DNA of 64,000 nucleotides from an uncultured Gammaproteobacteria bacterium (GTDB taxonomy: Bacteria; Pseudomonadota; Gammaproteobacteria; Steroidobacterales; BM003), in the NCBI GenBank assembly GCA_963783695.1, contig CAWAOM010000001.1:289938-353937 (forward strand), read 5' to 3'. Positions 30,401 through 39,630 of the stretch are shown here, in pieces. Below the pieces are notes generated by a model. It saw nothing but the letters and a program-made list of their open reading frames with translations. It ran no database searches and had not been told where the DNA came from. The translations under genes were made by a program, and so were the position numbers. How positions within the stretch are numbered: the stretch's first letter is position 1; the number at the start of each line of letters is the position of its first letter.

Positions 30401-30499
30401 CAACGTCAGGGGGAGGTACTGCACCTGGTCGCGCAACGCCTGGAAGATCATACAAATTTGCTGGGAAGCCTGGTTACCCGTTCACGCGATTTTCATTGA
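27425..30499 (+). CDS. dnaE2: Error-prone DNA polymerase DnaE2 (ImuC)
   Basis: PHP domain start [22 protein letters not shown], Pol III alpha core, 1024 aa. 1-nt overlap with imuB (TGATG). Confidence 0.93.
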   Translation: MQPDYAELHALSNFTFLRGASHPEELVTTAAALGYRALALTDECSMAGIVRAHGAARSLDLQLIAGSEMRLTDATRLVVLATNRQGYAELCRLITLGRRAAEKGEYTLCRDDFATGLPHCLVLWLPGMQPEMQTGAWVAEQFPGRSWLAVELLAGGRDCSDCRVLDSLGRRLGLPRVAAGDVHMHRRSRRALQDTLTAIRLKTTLDGAGFALYPNGERHLRARRRLAQLYPREMLSETLHIAERCNFSLDELRYEYPCELVPEGQTPATHLRLLTEEGMRRRWPDGVTDKVKRMIRHELGLISELAYEPYFLTVYDLVRFARKHRILCQGRGSAANSAVCFCLGITEVDPARMATLFERFISRERNEPPDIDVDFEHERREEVIQYIYQKYGRERVALTATVTTYRAKSAVRDVGKALGLDPIQVDRLARAMRWISDTDVDEQRIREAGFSPDTAVIARLLRLVRELMGFPRHLSQHVGGFVFSAGPLYELVPIENAAMPERTVIQWDKDDLDELGLLKVDVLGLGMLSAIRRSFDLIAAHRGKRWSLATVPAEDSAVYDMIGRADTVGVFQIESRAQMAMLPRLKPRCYYDLVIEVAIIRPGPIQGDMVHPYLQRRNGEEPVTYPSPEVEDVLARTLGVPIFQEQVMQLAIVAAGFSAGEADQLRRAMAAWRRRGSLGPFEDRLISGMAERGYSESFARQIFNQIQGFGEYGFPESHSASFALLVYVSSWLKCHEPAAFTCALINSQPMGFYAPSQLVQDARRHGVEVRPADVCDSDYDCTLKPSLQTQPAIRLGLRLVKGLSADSARRIATARQCRAFASTQDLVERAGLGRRDLNALAAADALRELAGHRHRARWEVLGVEPPTPLLPRPRIAEAEPMLRAATEGEDIAADYNRLGLSLRRHPLALLRTLLRQRGMSTAQELAVLADGESVITAGVVITKQRPGSAKGVTFVTLEDETGHVNVIVWRKLAERQRKTLLGARLMGVRGKLQRQGEVLHLVAQRLEDHTNLLGSLVTRSRDFH

Positions 30500-30564
30500 A
30501 TTGCCGCGTTGCCGGCGCCAACGCAAAATGACAGGGCTGATCTGCCACGACGGCCAACCCGCGC

Positions 30565-30831
30565 TCAGTCGAGTCGATACTCGCTGTAATGATCGCTGTC
30601 ATCCATGTCCTCGAAGTCATCGAAAACATCACGGATATCCTGCTGCGAACGTTTGTTTTCCATGTAGGCTTCGAGCCGCCGTCGCGCGGTCATGCTGCCA
30701 TTGCCGGACGAAGCGCTTGCGACAACCGGTTCCACCTCTGTTGCATCATCGTCTTCGACATCCACGCTGTCATCGTCGCAAAGATCGATGTCATCATCGT
30801 CAAAGCTGCCTGCCGTTGGTTCCTCGCTCAT
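30565..30831 (-). CDS. Small highly acidic protein with a central basic RRRLEAYMENKR motif
   Basis: 88 aa, Asp/Glu-rich ends (DDDDIDLCDDDSVDVEDDD ... DDFEDMDDSD). Resembles my recollection of the PA3496-type small acidic protein family, but this is unverified. Confidence 0.5.
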   Translation of the reverse strand: MSEEPTAGSFDDDDIDLCDDDSVDVEDDDATEVEPVVASASSGNGSMTARRRLEAYMENKRSQQDIRDVFDDFEDMDDSDHYSEYRLD

Positions 30832-30986
30832 TTCCCTTCACCATGCGCACGAGAATTCAGACTCCTTCAGTGCGTATATAAGGCGAAATCGTTGCGGGCG
30901 CAAGCATCATAAAACTGCAACATCCCAGGCTGCGAGAATCGGGGAGACTTGATCGGCCGCAGGATCGGCCCGTGACTCGGGGTGCG

Positions 30987-32201
30987 CTAACCCACCAGCT
31001 GATTAAGTTCGAACAGCGGCAGTAACATCGACACGACGATGGCCAGTACCACCAGCCCCATTATTACGATGAGTGCCGGCTCCAGTATGGCGAGCAATGC
31101 TGAGATGATGCCGTCGAGTTCGCGTTCCTGATTGGTCGCCGCTCGATTCAACATTGTCTCGAGCTGGCCACTGGTCTCACCGCTAGAGATCAGGTGCAGC
31201 GTCATAGGAGGGAAAAGGCCGCTTTTTGACAGCGATTTGCCGATTGCGCCACCTTCGCGTACCCGCGAAGCCGCTTCGCTAACGGCCTCCCGCATCGGAA
31301 TATTACTGACCACCGCGCCTGAAATGCGGAAGCTCTCGAGGACCGGTACCCCGCTGCCAGCGAGGATGCTGAGCGTCCTGGTGAATCGTGCGGTATTGAC
31401 GCCCTGTACGAGGCGACCTATCACCGGTATCCGGAGCAGAAATCTGTGATATTTGCGGCGCGCGTCTTCGCGTCGCAGCAATGCTCGAATAGCGAAAATC
31501 AGCGCAATGATGATTGCCAGCAGCAACCACCAGTAATCGCGCATGAAATCACTGGCGGAAATCAGAATCCGCGTCGGCGTGGGCAGCAGATTGCCGGTGT
31601 TCTCGAACACGCTAACGACCTTCGGTACGACAAAAGCGAGCAGAAAAGAGACGATCGTAATTGCCAGGGTGGTGAGGACGATCGGATAGATCATCGCGCT
31701 GGAAACCTTTTGCCGCAGCACCTGGCGGCCCTCGGTGTAATCCGCAAGACGTTCCAGCACCGCATCGAGATGCCCCGACTGTTCGCCGGCCGCGACGGTT
31801 GCCTGATAGATTTCCGGGAACGCCTGCGGAAATTCGGCGAGACCGTCAGCCAGGGTATGTCCTTCCATGACCTTGGCCCGTACCCCTAGAATAATACTCT
31901 GCAGGCGCGGCTTTTCGTGCTGTTCGGATATTGCCAGCAACGCTTCCTCCAACGGCAACCCCGACTGCACCAGCGTCGCAAGCTGGCGGGTCAGCAGGGC
32001 CAGGTCGGCGGCACTGAGGCCACGGCGTAAACCGAGCTGGGCGCTGCGCCGTGCTTCGGTCCTGACGACTTCGCTGACCTCTATCGGCAGCAGTTTTTTT
32101 TCCCGCAGCAGTTGTCGAACCTGCTTTGCGGTATCGCCCTCAAGAACACCTTTGCGTTCGCGTCCCCGGTCGTCGACGGCCGTGTACTCGAATGCACCCA
32201 T
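30987..32201 (-). CDS. gspF: Type II secretion system inner-membrane platform protein GspF
   Basis: 404 aa with a duplicated GspF domain. N-terminus [42 protein letters not shown] is typical. Follows gspE. Confidence 0.9.
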   Translation of the reverse strand: MGAFEYTAVDDRGRERKGVLEGDTAKQVRQLLREKKLLPIEVSEVVRTEARRSAQLGLRRGLSAADLALLTRQLATLVQSGLPLEEALLAISEQHEKPRLQSIILGVRAKVMEGHTLADGLAEFPQAFPEIYQATVAAGEQSGHLDAVLERLADYTEGRQVLRQKVSSAMIYPIVLTTLAITIVSFLLAFVVPKVVSVFENTGNLLPTPTRILISASDFMRDYWWLLLAIIIALIFAIRALLRREDARRKYHRFLLRIPVIGRLVQGVNTARFTRTLSILAGSGVPVLESFRISGAVVSNIPMREAVSEAASRVREGGAIGKSLSKSGLFPPMTLHLISSGETSGQLETMLNRAATNQERELDGIISALLAILEPALIVIMGLVVLAIVVSMLLPLFELNQLVG

Positions 32202-33739
32202 TAGTCGGCACGGGAAACGCGCAAGACTTCTTCGACCGTCGTAACTCCCTCGAGAACCTTACGGCAGCCATCTTCACGCAAGCTCGGGCTGCAGGTGCGC
32301 GCATGGCGGTCCATCTCGTGTTCGCTGGCGCCGTCATGGATCATCGTGCGCAGTGTGTCGTCGATGGTGACCAGTTCGTAAATGCCGCTGCGGCCGCGGT
32401 AGCCACCGCCAGTGCTCGCAACCTCGCGGCGCGGCCGATACAGGGTCGGCGGGTCGGAGGGGTCGCGTTTGAGTAGCTGACACTCGTATTCGCTTGCGGT
32501 GTAGGCCTCTTTGTCATCCGGAGCAAGCATCCTGACCAGGCGTTGCGACAAAACACCGATGACGCTCGATGACAACAGGAACGGCTCGACACCCATATCG
32601 CGCAGTCGGTTCACCGCGCCCACCGCGGTATTGGTGTGAAGAGTCGACAACACAAGATGTCCGGTAAGGCTGGCCTGTATCGCAATTTCTGCTGTCTCGA
32701 GGTCGCGAATCTCGCCGACCATGACGACGTCAGGATCCTGACGCAGTATGGCGCGCAGCCCGCGAGCAAATGTCATGTCGACCTTGGTGTTGACCTGAGT
32801 CTGGCCAATTCCGTCAATGTGATACTCGATCGGGTCCTCAACAGTCATGATGTTGCGGCTGTTGTCGTTTATGCGCCCGAGCGCGGCGTACAGTGTCGTG
32901 GTTTTGCCCGACCCGGTAGGGCCGGTCACCAGGATGATGCCGTGGGGGCGATGGATCAGGTCGTCAATGGTGTTCCGGGCTGGCTCCGACATTCCGAGAT
33001 GTTCGAGTTCGAGGCGCCCCGCCTGCTTGTCCAGGAGACGCAGCACCACGCGTTCGCCATATCCTGACGGAATGGTGGAGACGCGCACGTCGACCGCACG
33101 ACCGGCAATACGCAACGAAATTCGACCGTCCTGAGGCAGGCGCTTTTCGGCGATATCCATGCGCGACATCACTTTTACCCGCGATACGACCAACGGTGCG
33201 ACGGCGCGCCGGGTCTGCAAGACTTCGCGTAAAATGCCATCGACGCGAAACCTGACTACGAGGCGGTTCTCGTAGGGTTCGATATGGATGTCCGATGCAT
33301 TCTCCTTGACCGCCTGGGTCAGCACCGCATTGATCAGCCGGATAATCGGCGCGTCATCGTCGCTTTCCAGCAAATCGGATGGTTCGGGCAGGGATTGCGC
33401 GACACTAAACAGGTCAGTATCACCCTCGAGACCTTCCATCGCCTGCATAGTCTCGTTCGAGCCGGCCTCATAGTTCAGTTGCAGGGCAGCATCGAATTCG
33501 TCCTGGCTGACTCGCTGCAATTTCAGTGGCACACCGGCAAACCGGCGAACTTCTGCAAGAATCAGCAGATCGAGATCCGGCCGGCAAATCGCGATGGCTT
33601 CCGATTCGCTGCGATCCTGCAGCAAAATGCCGTGCCGTTTGGCAAACGTAAACGGCAGGCGGCGCGCAGGTTGCGCGTCATCGCCGGCGGGAGCGGCCAC
33701 CGCTTCGACAAGCGAATCAGTTGTTTCCGTCAGTGCCAT
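32201..33739 (-). CDS. gspE: Type II secretion system ATPase GspE
   Basis: Walker [16 protein letters not shown], Asp box, Walker B, His box ([12 protein letters not shown]), tetracysteine-like region. The 5' end overlaps the gspD 3' end by 23 nt, so the start is uncertain. Confidence 0.92.
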   Translation of the reverse strand: MALTETTDSLVEAVAAPAGDDAQPARRLPFTFAKRHGILLQDRSESEAIAICRPDLDLLILAEVRRFAGVPLKLQRVSQDEFDAALQLNYEAGSNETMQAMEGLEGDTDLFSVAQSLPEPSDLLESDDDAPIIRLINAVLTQAVKENASDIHIEPYENRLVVRFRVDGILREVLQTRRAVAPLVVSRVKVMSRMDIAEKRLPQDGRISLRIAGRAVDVRVSTIPSGYGERVVLRLLDKQAGRLELEHLGMSEPARNTIDDLIHRPHGIILVTGPTGSGKTTTLYAALGRINDNSRNIMTVEDPIEYHIDGIGQTQVNTKVDMTFARGLRAILRQDPDVVMVGEIRDLETAEIAIQASLTGHLVLSTLHTNTAVGAVNRLRDMGVEPFLLSSSVIGVLSQRLVRMLAPDDKEAYTASEYECQLLKRDPSDPPTLYRPRREVASTGGGYRGRSGIYELVTIDDTLRTMIHDGASEHEMDRHARTCSPSLREDGCRKVLEGVTTVEEVLRVSRAD

Positions 33740-35777
33740 CGCTGCTCGTCTCGCGTCCTTGGCCGCTGGTCGGGTCCGGGACCAGTCCCGGCGTCAACGG
33801 CTCACTGTAGATTTCGGAGAAATCGACCTCGGGCAGTTCGAGCGCCTCGTAGCCTTTCATGCGTCCGACTTCCTTGAGTTTGCTCTTGTCCTGAGCATTG
33901 CGAATGTAGTTGTATTTCGCCTCGGTGGCACGGGCGTAGTCCTGCCCGCTGCGGATAATAGTCGGGTGAATAAAAATCATCAGATTCTGACGAGTACGGT
34001 CTGTCGAGCGCGAGCGGAACAACTCACCGATGATCGGCACGTCGCCGGCAATCGGAACGCGTTCATAACCTTCGGAAATATTGTCCTGAATCAGCCCGCC
34101 GAGTACCACGATACCGCCGTCCTCGACCATCACCGTGGTTTTGATCGTACGCTTGTTGGTAATGAGGTCCGAGGCGCCGCTCACTTGCGCGCTACGCGAG
34201 AGATCCGAGGCTTCCTGGTCGATCTTGAGCATGATCGAGCTGCCTTCATTGATCTGCGGAGTGATTTTGAGCACCAGGCCGACATCTTTGCGTTGAATCG
34301 TGGTGAACGGGTTGACCACGCCCGCGGCGCCGCCCGCGCTGGTGAATTCGCCGGTCCGGAACGGTACTTCCTGGGCAACAGTTATTTCCGCCTCCTCGTT
34401 GTCCAGTGTGACGATCGACGGTGTTGAGATAATGTTCGTGTCCGAATCCGATGCCAGCGCGTTGAGGATCAGCGCGAAACTGGTTCCGTCATTCTGGATC
34501 GTGCCGCCGCCGGCGGTTATGCCGCTGCCGGGAATCGCGCCGGCGGCGCCTTCCGGACTGTTGCCAAGCAGGTTGAAAATCAGATTCGGCAAATCGACGC
34601 CGGAATTGGTGAATCGGGTAAAGCCGGCGCCGTAGCTGGGATTGGCGACGGCCCAGCTCACACCGAGATTGGCCGCTTTCTCCGCCTGCATCGCCACCAG
34701 AATAGTCTCGACCGCGACCTGTTCACGGCGAATGTCTAGTTTGTCGACGATTGCCATCAGGCTGCGCATCGTTTTCGGCGGCGCGGTCACGATCAGGGCA
34801 TTGGTCTGCTCCTCCGCCCACAGCACGATATTGTCGTCGCGGCGTTGTTGCGGCGTTTGCCCCTGTTGTCCGGGCGCGGCCGCGACGATGCCGGTGATCT
34901 GCTCGTTGAGTTTTGCCGCCAGATCCACCGCGCTGGCATAGCGCAGATAGCGTACCCGGGTATCGCCGCCTTCCTGCAAAGGCGTGTCCAGATGCGTAAT
35001 CAGGGCGCGTAGCCGAAGTCGCGTGCCCTGATCGCCGCTGACCAGTACGCTGTTCGTTCGCTCGTCGGCTACCAGTCCCACGCCGGCGACCTGTTGATCG
35101 CCGCCGCGATTACCCTGGTACAGCGACGAGATGATTCGCACAACCTCGGCTGCCGCAGCATGTTGTAGCGGGATGATGTCGACATCGGCATCGCCGCCGG
35201 CGCTGTCGATCCGGCGGATAATGCTCGCCATTCGCGCCACGTTGGCGGACCGGTCGGAAATTATCAGCATATTCGAATCGGGGTGTGCCGCCAGGTGGCC
35301 ATACTGGGGAATCAACGGCCGCAATATCGGCACCAGCTGCGCGGCGTTTACGTTTTGAACCTGCACTACCTGGGTGACAATCTCATCGCCGGCGGAGGGC
35401 AGGGAACCCGGCAGATCGACGGCCGGCATCTGCCGGGCATTGGCATCGGGCATGATCTTGATGATGTCGCCCGAGGAGACCGCAACGAATCCGTATACCT
35501 GCAGAATAGAAAGGAACGCCTCATAAAACGCGTCAGCCGACAGTGGTGTCGAAGAAATCATCGTGACCTGCGCCTTGACCCGTGGATCGACAATGAAATT
35601 CTTGCCGGTCAATGCGCTGACGGCCTCGATGACCTGACCGATGTCTGCATTCTTGTAATTCGGTGTGATTGCCGCGTTTTGCGCGGACGCGACCGTCGCA
35701 AGTACAAACAAAGGCAATACCACCAAAAAAAGCCGGAATTTTGTAATTATTGTTTTCGCAGTGCTGCCTGTCGGCAT
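33717..35777 (-). CDS. gspD: Type II secretion system secretin GspD
   Basis: Signal peptide, N0-N3 domains, secretin core (...VVLGGLIQD...[18 protein letters not shown]...). Confidence 0.92.
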   Translation of the reverse strand: MPTGSTAKTIITKFRLFLVVLPLFVLATVASAQNAAITPNYKNADIGQVIEAVSALTGKNFIVDPRVKAQVTMISSTPLSADAFYEAFLSILQVYGFVAVSSGDIIKIMPDANARQMPAVDLPGSLPSAGDEIVTQVVQVQNVNAAQLVPILRPLIPQYGHLAAHPDSNMLIISDRSANVARMASIIRRIDSAGGDADVDIIPLQHAAAAEVVRIISSLYQGNRGGDQQVAGVGLVADERTNSVLVSGDQGTRLRLRALITHLDTPLQEGGDTRVRYLRYASAVDLAAKLNEQITGIVAAAPGQQGQTPQQRRDDNIVLWAEEQTNALIVTAPPKTMRSLMAIVDKLDIRREQVAVETILVAMQAEKAANLGVSWAVANPSYGAGFTRFTNSGVDLPNLIFNLLGNSPEGAAGAIPGSGITAGGGTIQNDGTSFALILNALASDSDTNIISTPSIVTLDNEEAEITVAQEVPFRTGEFTSAGGAAGVVNPFTTIQRKDVGLVLKITPQINEGSSIMLKIDQEASDLSRSAQVSGASDLITNKRTIKTTVMVEDGGIVVLGGLIQDNISEGYERVPIAGDVPIIGELFRSRSTDRTRQNLMIFIHPTIIRSGQDYARATEAKYNYIRNAQDKSKLKEVGRMKGYEALELPEVDFSEIYSEPLTPGLVPDPTSGQGRETSSDGTDGNN

Positions 35778-35835
35778 GCTCTGAACTCCTCAGTTACGAC
35801 GCAGGACGTCTCTTCGTCACGGCGTTCTCAAATAC

Positions 35836-36741
35836 CTACTCGTCCCCGAGTTCCGACGTATCCAGCACCAGAACTTCGGGTTGACCATTGCGCTCGACGG
35901 TCACCGACACGGACGTCGCCTCACCCAGCGAGCGGAAAATCTCCATTCCCTTGGTCGGATCGTCCAGCGCAACGCCGTTGATCTCAGTGATCAGATCGCC
36001 CGGCCGCAGACCGAGTTGCGAGAATGCCTGGCGTTGCCGGCCAGGGTAAACGCGGTAGCCGCGCTGTTTGCCGTCGGCAAAAACCGGTTGCGGCCGAATC
36101 ACCTCCGTCAGCGACGCGGCATTCTGATCGATAAGCTGCCTCACCGACGTGCCGGTTCGTGCTCGTGCGGAACTCCGGGCCCGTGGCTGGATTGCCCGCG
36201 CCTGCCCTTCGCCGAGTTCCTTGGGTAGGCGCAGGGCTTCGATTTTGCCACCGCGATCGAGCAGAACGCGATCCGGGTAAACCGAATGCAATTTGGTGCC
36301 GGTGCGTATTACGTCGCCAACGGCAAAGACCTTGGTCGCGGCACCGCGTTCACTGATGATGGCGAGCGACTCATTGGCATCCAGAGCACTCAGGGTGCCG
36401 CTCAGAGTCAGGTTGAGGTTGGTATCCGGAGCATCGACCGGGTCGGGCGGCGGCGGCGGCGCCTCACGGGTCGCCTCGCCAAAGAGGTGCGCATCGACCG
36501 CCTCGCGCAATTCCGCACGCAGATCGCCCCCGGCCGCTGCGGTATTTACCGTGGCCGCCGGCGGAATTGTCGTATCCGGTTCCGGCTGCGGCACGAATGA
36601 CCAGGTCAGGCGGGCAAGCTGCCATGCAATGAGTATGACCAGCAAAACACTGACCCAGAACGGCAGTGAGCGATTGGTTCCAGCCGCAAATTGCTCCGGT
36701 GTCAGGTTTTTCAGTTCACCAAATCGGGCGGACAGACTCAT
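35836..36741 (-). CDS. gspC: Type II secretion system protein GspC (PDZ type)
   Basis: N-terminal TM (LPFWVSVLLVILIAWQLARL), HR region, C-terminal PDZ (GYRVYPGRQRQAFSQLGLRPGDLITEINGVALDD). First gene of gspCDEF. Confidence 0.8.
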   Translation of the reverse strand: MSLSARFGELKNLTPEQFAAGTNRSLPFWVSVLLVILIAWQLARLTWSFVPQPEPDTTIPPAATVNTAAAGGDLRAELREAVDAHLFGEATREAPPPPPDPVDAPDTNLNLTLSGTLSALDANESLAIISERGAATKVFAVGDVIRTGTKLHSVYPDRVLLDRGGKIEALRLPKELGEGQARAIQPRARSSARARTGTSVRQLIDQNAASLTEVIRPQPVFADGKQRGYRVYPGRQRQAFSQLGLRPGDLITEINGVALDDPTKGMEIFRSLGEATSVSVTVERNGQPEVLVLDTSELGDE

Positions 36742-36847
36742 CGGCGGGTGCTCAGGGACATAGGGGTTCTGGGAGCTGACATAACTTCGATTGGGTTAAT
36801 GATACGGGTAGCCGGCCAAGGCTCTCAAGCTATCTTGACACTTTATA

Positions 36848-39160
36848 GTGCACAATGGTTGCCGATTTTTCATAAACTTACGCCGGCAGTTTCACAATAA
36901 CTCGCAGGGCGAGCCCCGTGTCCAGGAATCGATTTTGCAACCACGCCTGATTATTCGAGCGCTCATCAGTCTGTTGGTTCTGCTGCCGCTGATTATGCAT
37001 GTGCGGGGAGACCTGCATCAGGGCTGGCTCGAGCGGCTCGAACTGGCGAGCTACGATGTCCGCACCTGGCTCACGATGCCGCGCACCATGGACGACCGTA
37101 TCGTGATCGTCGATGTCGATGAGCGCAGCCTGCTGCGCCAGGGGCAATGGCCATGGTCTCGTGACACGCTGGCGCAGCTGGTGGACCGGCTTTTCGAGCA
37201 GTATCAGGTATCCCTGCTCGGTTTCGACATGGTTTTCGCCGAACCCGATGCCAGCACGGGTCTGGGCACGCTTCGCGACTGGGCGGAGGGGCCGCTTGCC
37301 GGAGATGCGCTGTTTCTGGAAACGCTGGAGCAGTCTCGGCCGCTGCTCGACCATGATGGTATTTTCGCCGGCTCACTGGCCGGCCGGCCGGTCGTCTTGG
37401 GCTATATTTTCCGCCGCGAGGGTGACCCGGGTGCGCAAATCAAGGTGGGTGCGCTGCCGCCGCCGATCATCCCCGCAGATCGCAATGACACGACCATTCC
37501 GTTTTACAAGGCGCAGGGTTATACCGCGAATCTGCCGCAGCTTCAGCGCAATGCGCCGGCCGCCGGGTTTTTTGAGAATCCGACCGTCGATCCCGACGGG
37601 GTGTACCGGCGCCTGCCGATGTTGCAGGCGCACCGCGGCGGCCTGTATCCGTCGCTCGGGCTGGCGGTATCGCAAATGGCCCTGGCCAACCCTGCGCTTG
37701 ATTTTGAGTTTTTCGCCGGCGCCGAAGGGCCGCGTGACGGCCTGGATCTGGAGGGGCTGCGGCTGGGGTCGTTGCGAATTCCTGTGGCGGCGCGAGCCGA
37801 AATGTTCGTTCCATACCGTGGCGCACAAGGCAGCTTCCCGTACGTATCGGCTACCGATGTTCTCGACGGTACGGCGCCCAACTACCCGTTGCAGAATGCG
37901 ATCGTATTGCTTGGTACCAGCGCGCCGGGACTCAACGATCTGCGCAGCACGCCTGTCGGTGAGCGCTTCAATGGGGTCGAGATTCACGCCAATATAATAT
38001 CGGCGATCCTCGATGGCCGGCTCAAGGCCCAGCCGCATTACTTTCGCGGCCTGGAGCTCATACTCCTCGTCGTGCTGGCGATTGGTCTGACCCTTTTGCT
38101 TAGTCTGGCCCCCGTTGGTCTCGGCATGTTCGGCTGCCTGGTCGTTCTTGTGGCGATCTTCGTGGCCAATGTGTGGGCGTTTGCGCGCGGCTGGGTCGTG
38201 CCGCTGGCGGCGTCCGAGGTGCTGATAGCGGGACTGTTCGTTACTCACACCGCCTATGGATATTTTGTGGAGTCGCGCGGCCGGCGGGCGTTGTCGGCGC
38301 TTTTCGGTCAGTACGTGCCGCCTGAGCTGGTGCGCGAAATGGCATCCAATCCGCGCCGCTTTGGCATGCAGACAGTGAGTCGCGACATGACGGTGCTGTT
38401 TGCCGACGTCCGCGGCTTCACCGGTATCGCCGAGGATCTCGAGCCGCCCGAGCTAAGCTTGCTGATGAACGAGTTCCTGACGGTGATGACGCGCGTGATT
38501 CATCGCCACCGCGGTACGATAGACAAATACATGGGCGATGCGGTCATGGCTTTCTGGGGTGCGCCAGTGCCGGATCCGGAGCATGCACGCAATGCGCTGC
38601 GTGCGGCGTTTGAAATGAACGGCGCCATGCAGTCGCTGTTGCCGCGGTTCAGAAAGCAGGGCTGGCCGGAACTCGGCGTGGGTATCGGCCTCAACTCAGG
38701 GCAGATGCGGGTTGGCAACATGGGCTCGGAGTTCCGGATCGCGTATACGGTGCTTGGCGATGCGGTAAACCTCGGCGCACGGATCGAGAGCCTGACTCGT
38801 GAATACGGAGTAACCGTGGCAGTAGGGCAGCAGACCCGCGAGGCGCTGCCTGATATTGGTTTCCTGGAGCTGGATATCGTCCGGGTCCGCGGCAAGGATC
38901 GCCCAGTGGCAATCTACGAACCATTGGGGCCGCAGGCGGAGCTTGACAATGAGACTCTCGCGATGGGCAAGCGGCATGAGCGGGCGCTGCAGCTGTATCG
39001 AACAAAGGAATGGGATGACGCGGAACGAGAATTTTACCTGTTGCACCAGAGTTACCCCGATCGGCGGATTTTCCGGGTCTATCTGGACCGAATCGCGCAT
39101 TGCCGCAATGAGCCACCCGGTGCCGACTGGGACGGCGTGTTTACCCAGCGTGTCAAGTAA
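36848..39160 (+). CDS. CHASE2 sensor domain-containing class III adenylate/guanylate cyclase
   Basis: N-terminal TM, then a large periplasmic CHASE2-like region, then a TM cluster, then the cyclase core VLFADVRGFTGIAE...GTIDKYMGDAVMAFWGAP...VGNMGSEFRIAYTVLGDAVNLGARIE. The start codon is uncertain. Confidence 0.85.
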   Translation: MHNGCRFFINLRRQFHNNSQGEPRVQESILQPRLIIRALISLLVLLPLIMHVRGDLHQGWLERLELASYDVRTWLTMPRTMDDRIVIVDVDERSLLRQGQWPWSRDTLAQLVDRLFEQYQVSLLGFDMVFAEPDASTGLGTLRDWAEGPLAGDALFLETLEQSRPLLDHDGIFAGSLAGRPVVLGYIFRREGDPGAQIKVGALPPPIIPADRNDTTIPFYKAQGYTANLPQLQRNAPAAGFFENPTVDPDGVYRRLPMLQAHRGGLYPSLGLAVSQMALANPALDFEFFAGAEGPRDGLDLEGLRLGSLRIPVAARAEMFVPYRGAQGSFPYVSATDVLDGTAPNYPLQNAIVLLGTSAPGLNDLRSTPVGERFNGVEIHANIISAILDGRLKAQPHYFRGLELILLVVLAIGLTLLLSLAPVGLGMFGCLVVLVAIFVANVWAFARGWVVPLAASEVLIAGLFVTHTAYGYFVESRGRRALSALFGQYVPPELVREMASNPRRFGMQTVSRDMTVLFADVRGFTGIAEDLEPPELSLLMNEFLTVMTRVIHRHRGTIDKYMGDAVMAFWGAPVPDPEHARNALRAAFEMNGAMQSLLPRFRKQGWPELGVGIGLNSGQMRVGNMGSEFRIAYTVLGDAVNLGARIESLTREYGVTVAVGQQTREALPDIGFLELDIVRVRGKDRPVAIYEPLGPQAELDNETLAMGKRHERALQLYRTKEWDDAEREFYLLHQSYPDRRIFRVYLDRIAHCRNEPPGADWDGVFTQRVK

Positions 39161-39170
39161 AATCTCAACC

Positions 39171-39199
39171 TTGTCAAACCGGGTGCCAGCCCTTATATA
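39171..39199 (+). promoter_or_regulatory. Putative sigma-70 promoter for clpS-clpA (TTGTCA-17 nt-TATATA)
   Basis: Hexamers and spacing read directly, about 115 bp upstream of the clpS ATG. Confidence 0.4.
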
Positions 39200-39312
39200 T
39201 TACCGCACGGGTAGAAGCGGCCGGCGCTGCGAACGATGCGCCGCAATATGGCCGCGGCTACCCCTTTTCTGTTAATGATATGTTGACGGGCAGGCGCAAG
39301 TAGTCATAACCG

Positions 39313-39630
39313 ATGACCGAAGAGCAGCACAAAGCCAACCACGATCTGGCAGTCGAGGAGGCGCGCCCGAAGCTCAAGCGTCCGCCGTTGTACCAGGTCG
39401 TGCTACTGAACGACGACTTCACGCCAATGGAATTTGTGGTGGAGGTGCTGGAAAAGGTGTTTGGCATGGATCGCACGAGAGCAACCCGTATCATGCTTGA
39501 AGTGCATACCCGTGGTAAGGGTGTGTGCGGCATCTACACGTACGAGATTGCCGAAACGAAAGTGGCGCAGGTCAACAGTTACTCGCGTCAGCATCAGCAC
39601 CCGCTGCTTTGCACGATGGAGGAGTCATGA
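39313..39630 (+). CDS. clpS: ATP-dependent Clp protease adaptor ClpS
   Basis: [27 protein letters not shown]...A..IMLEVH..G core. Precedes clpA. Confidence 0.93.
   Translation: MTEEQHKANHDLAVEEARPKLKRPPLYQVVLLNDDFTPMEFVVEVLEKVFGMDRTRATRIMLEVHTRGKGVCGIYTYEIAETKVAQVNSYSRQHQHPLLCTMEES

Noticed and set aside
36848-36930. Alternative GTG start (VQES...) for the CHASE2 cyclase
   Set aside because: The Val codon in that position is GTC, not GTG. No better start than the ATG at 36848 could be identified, so the start is left as uncertain.
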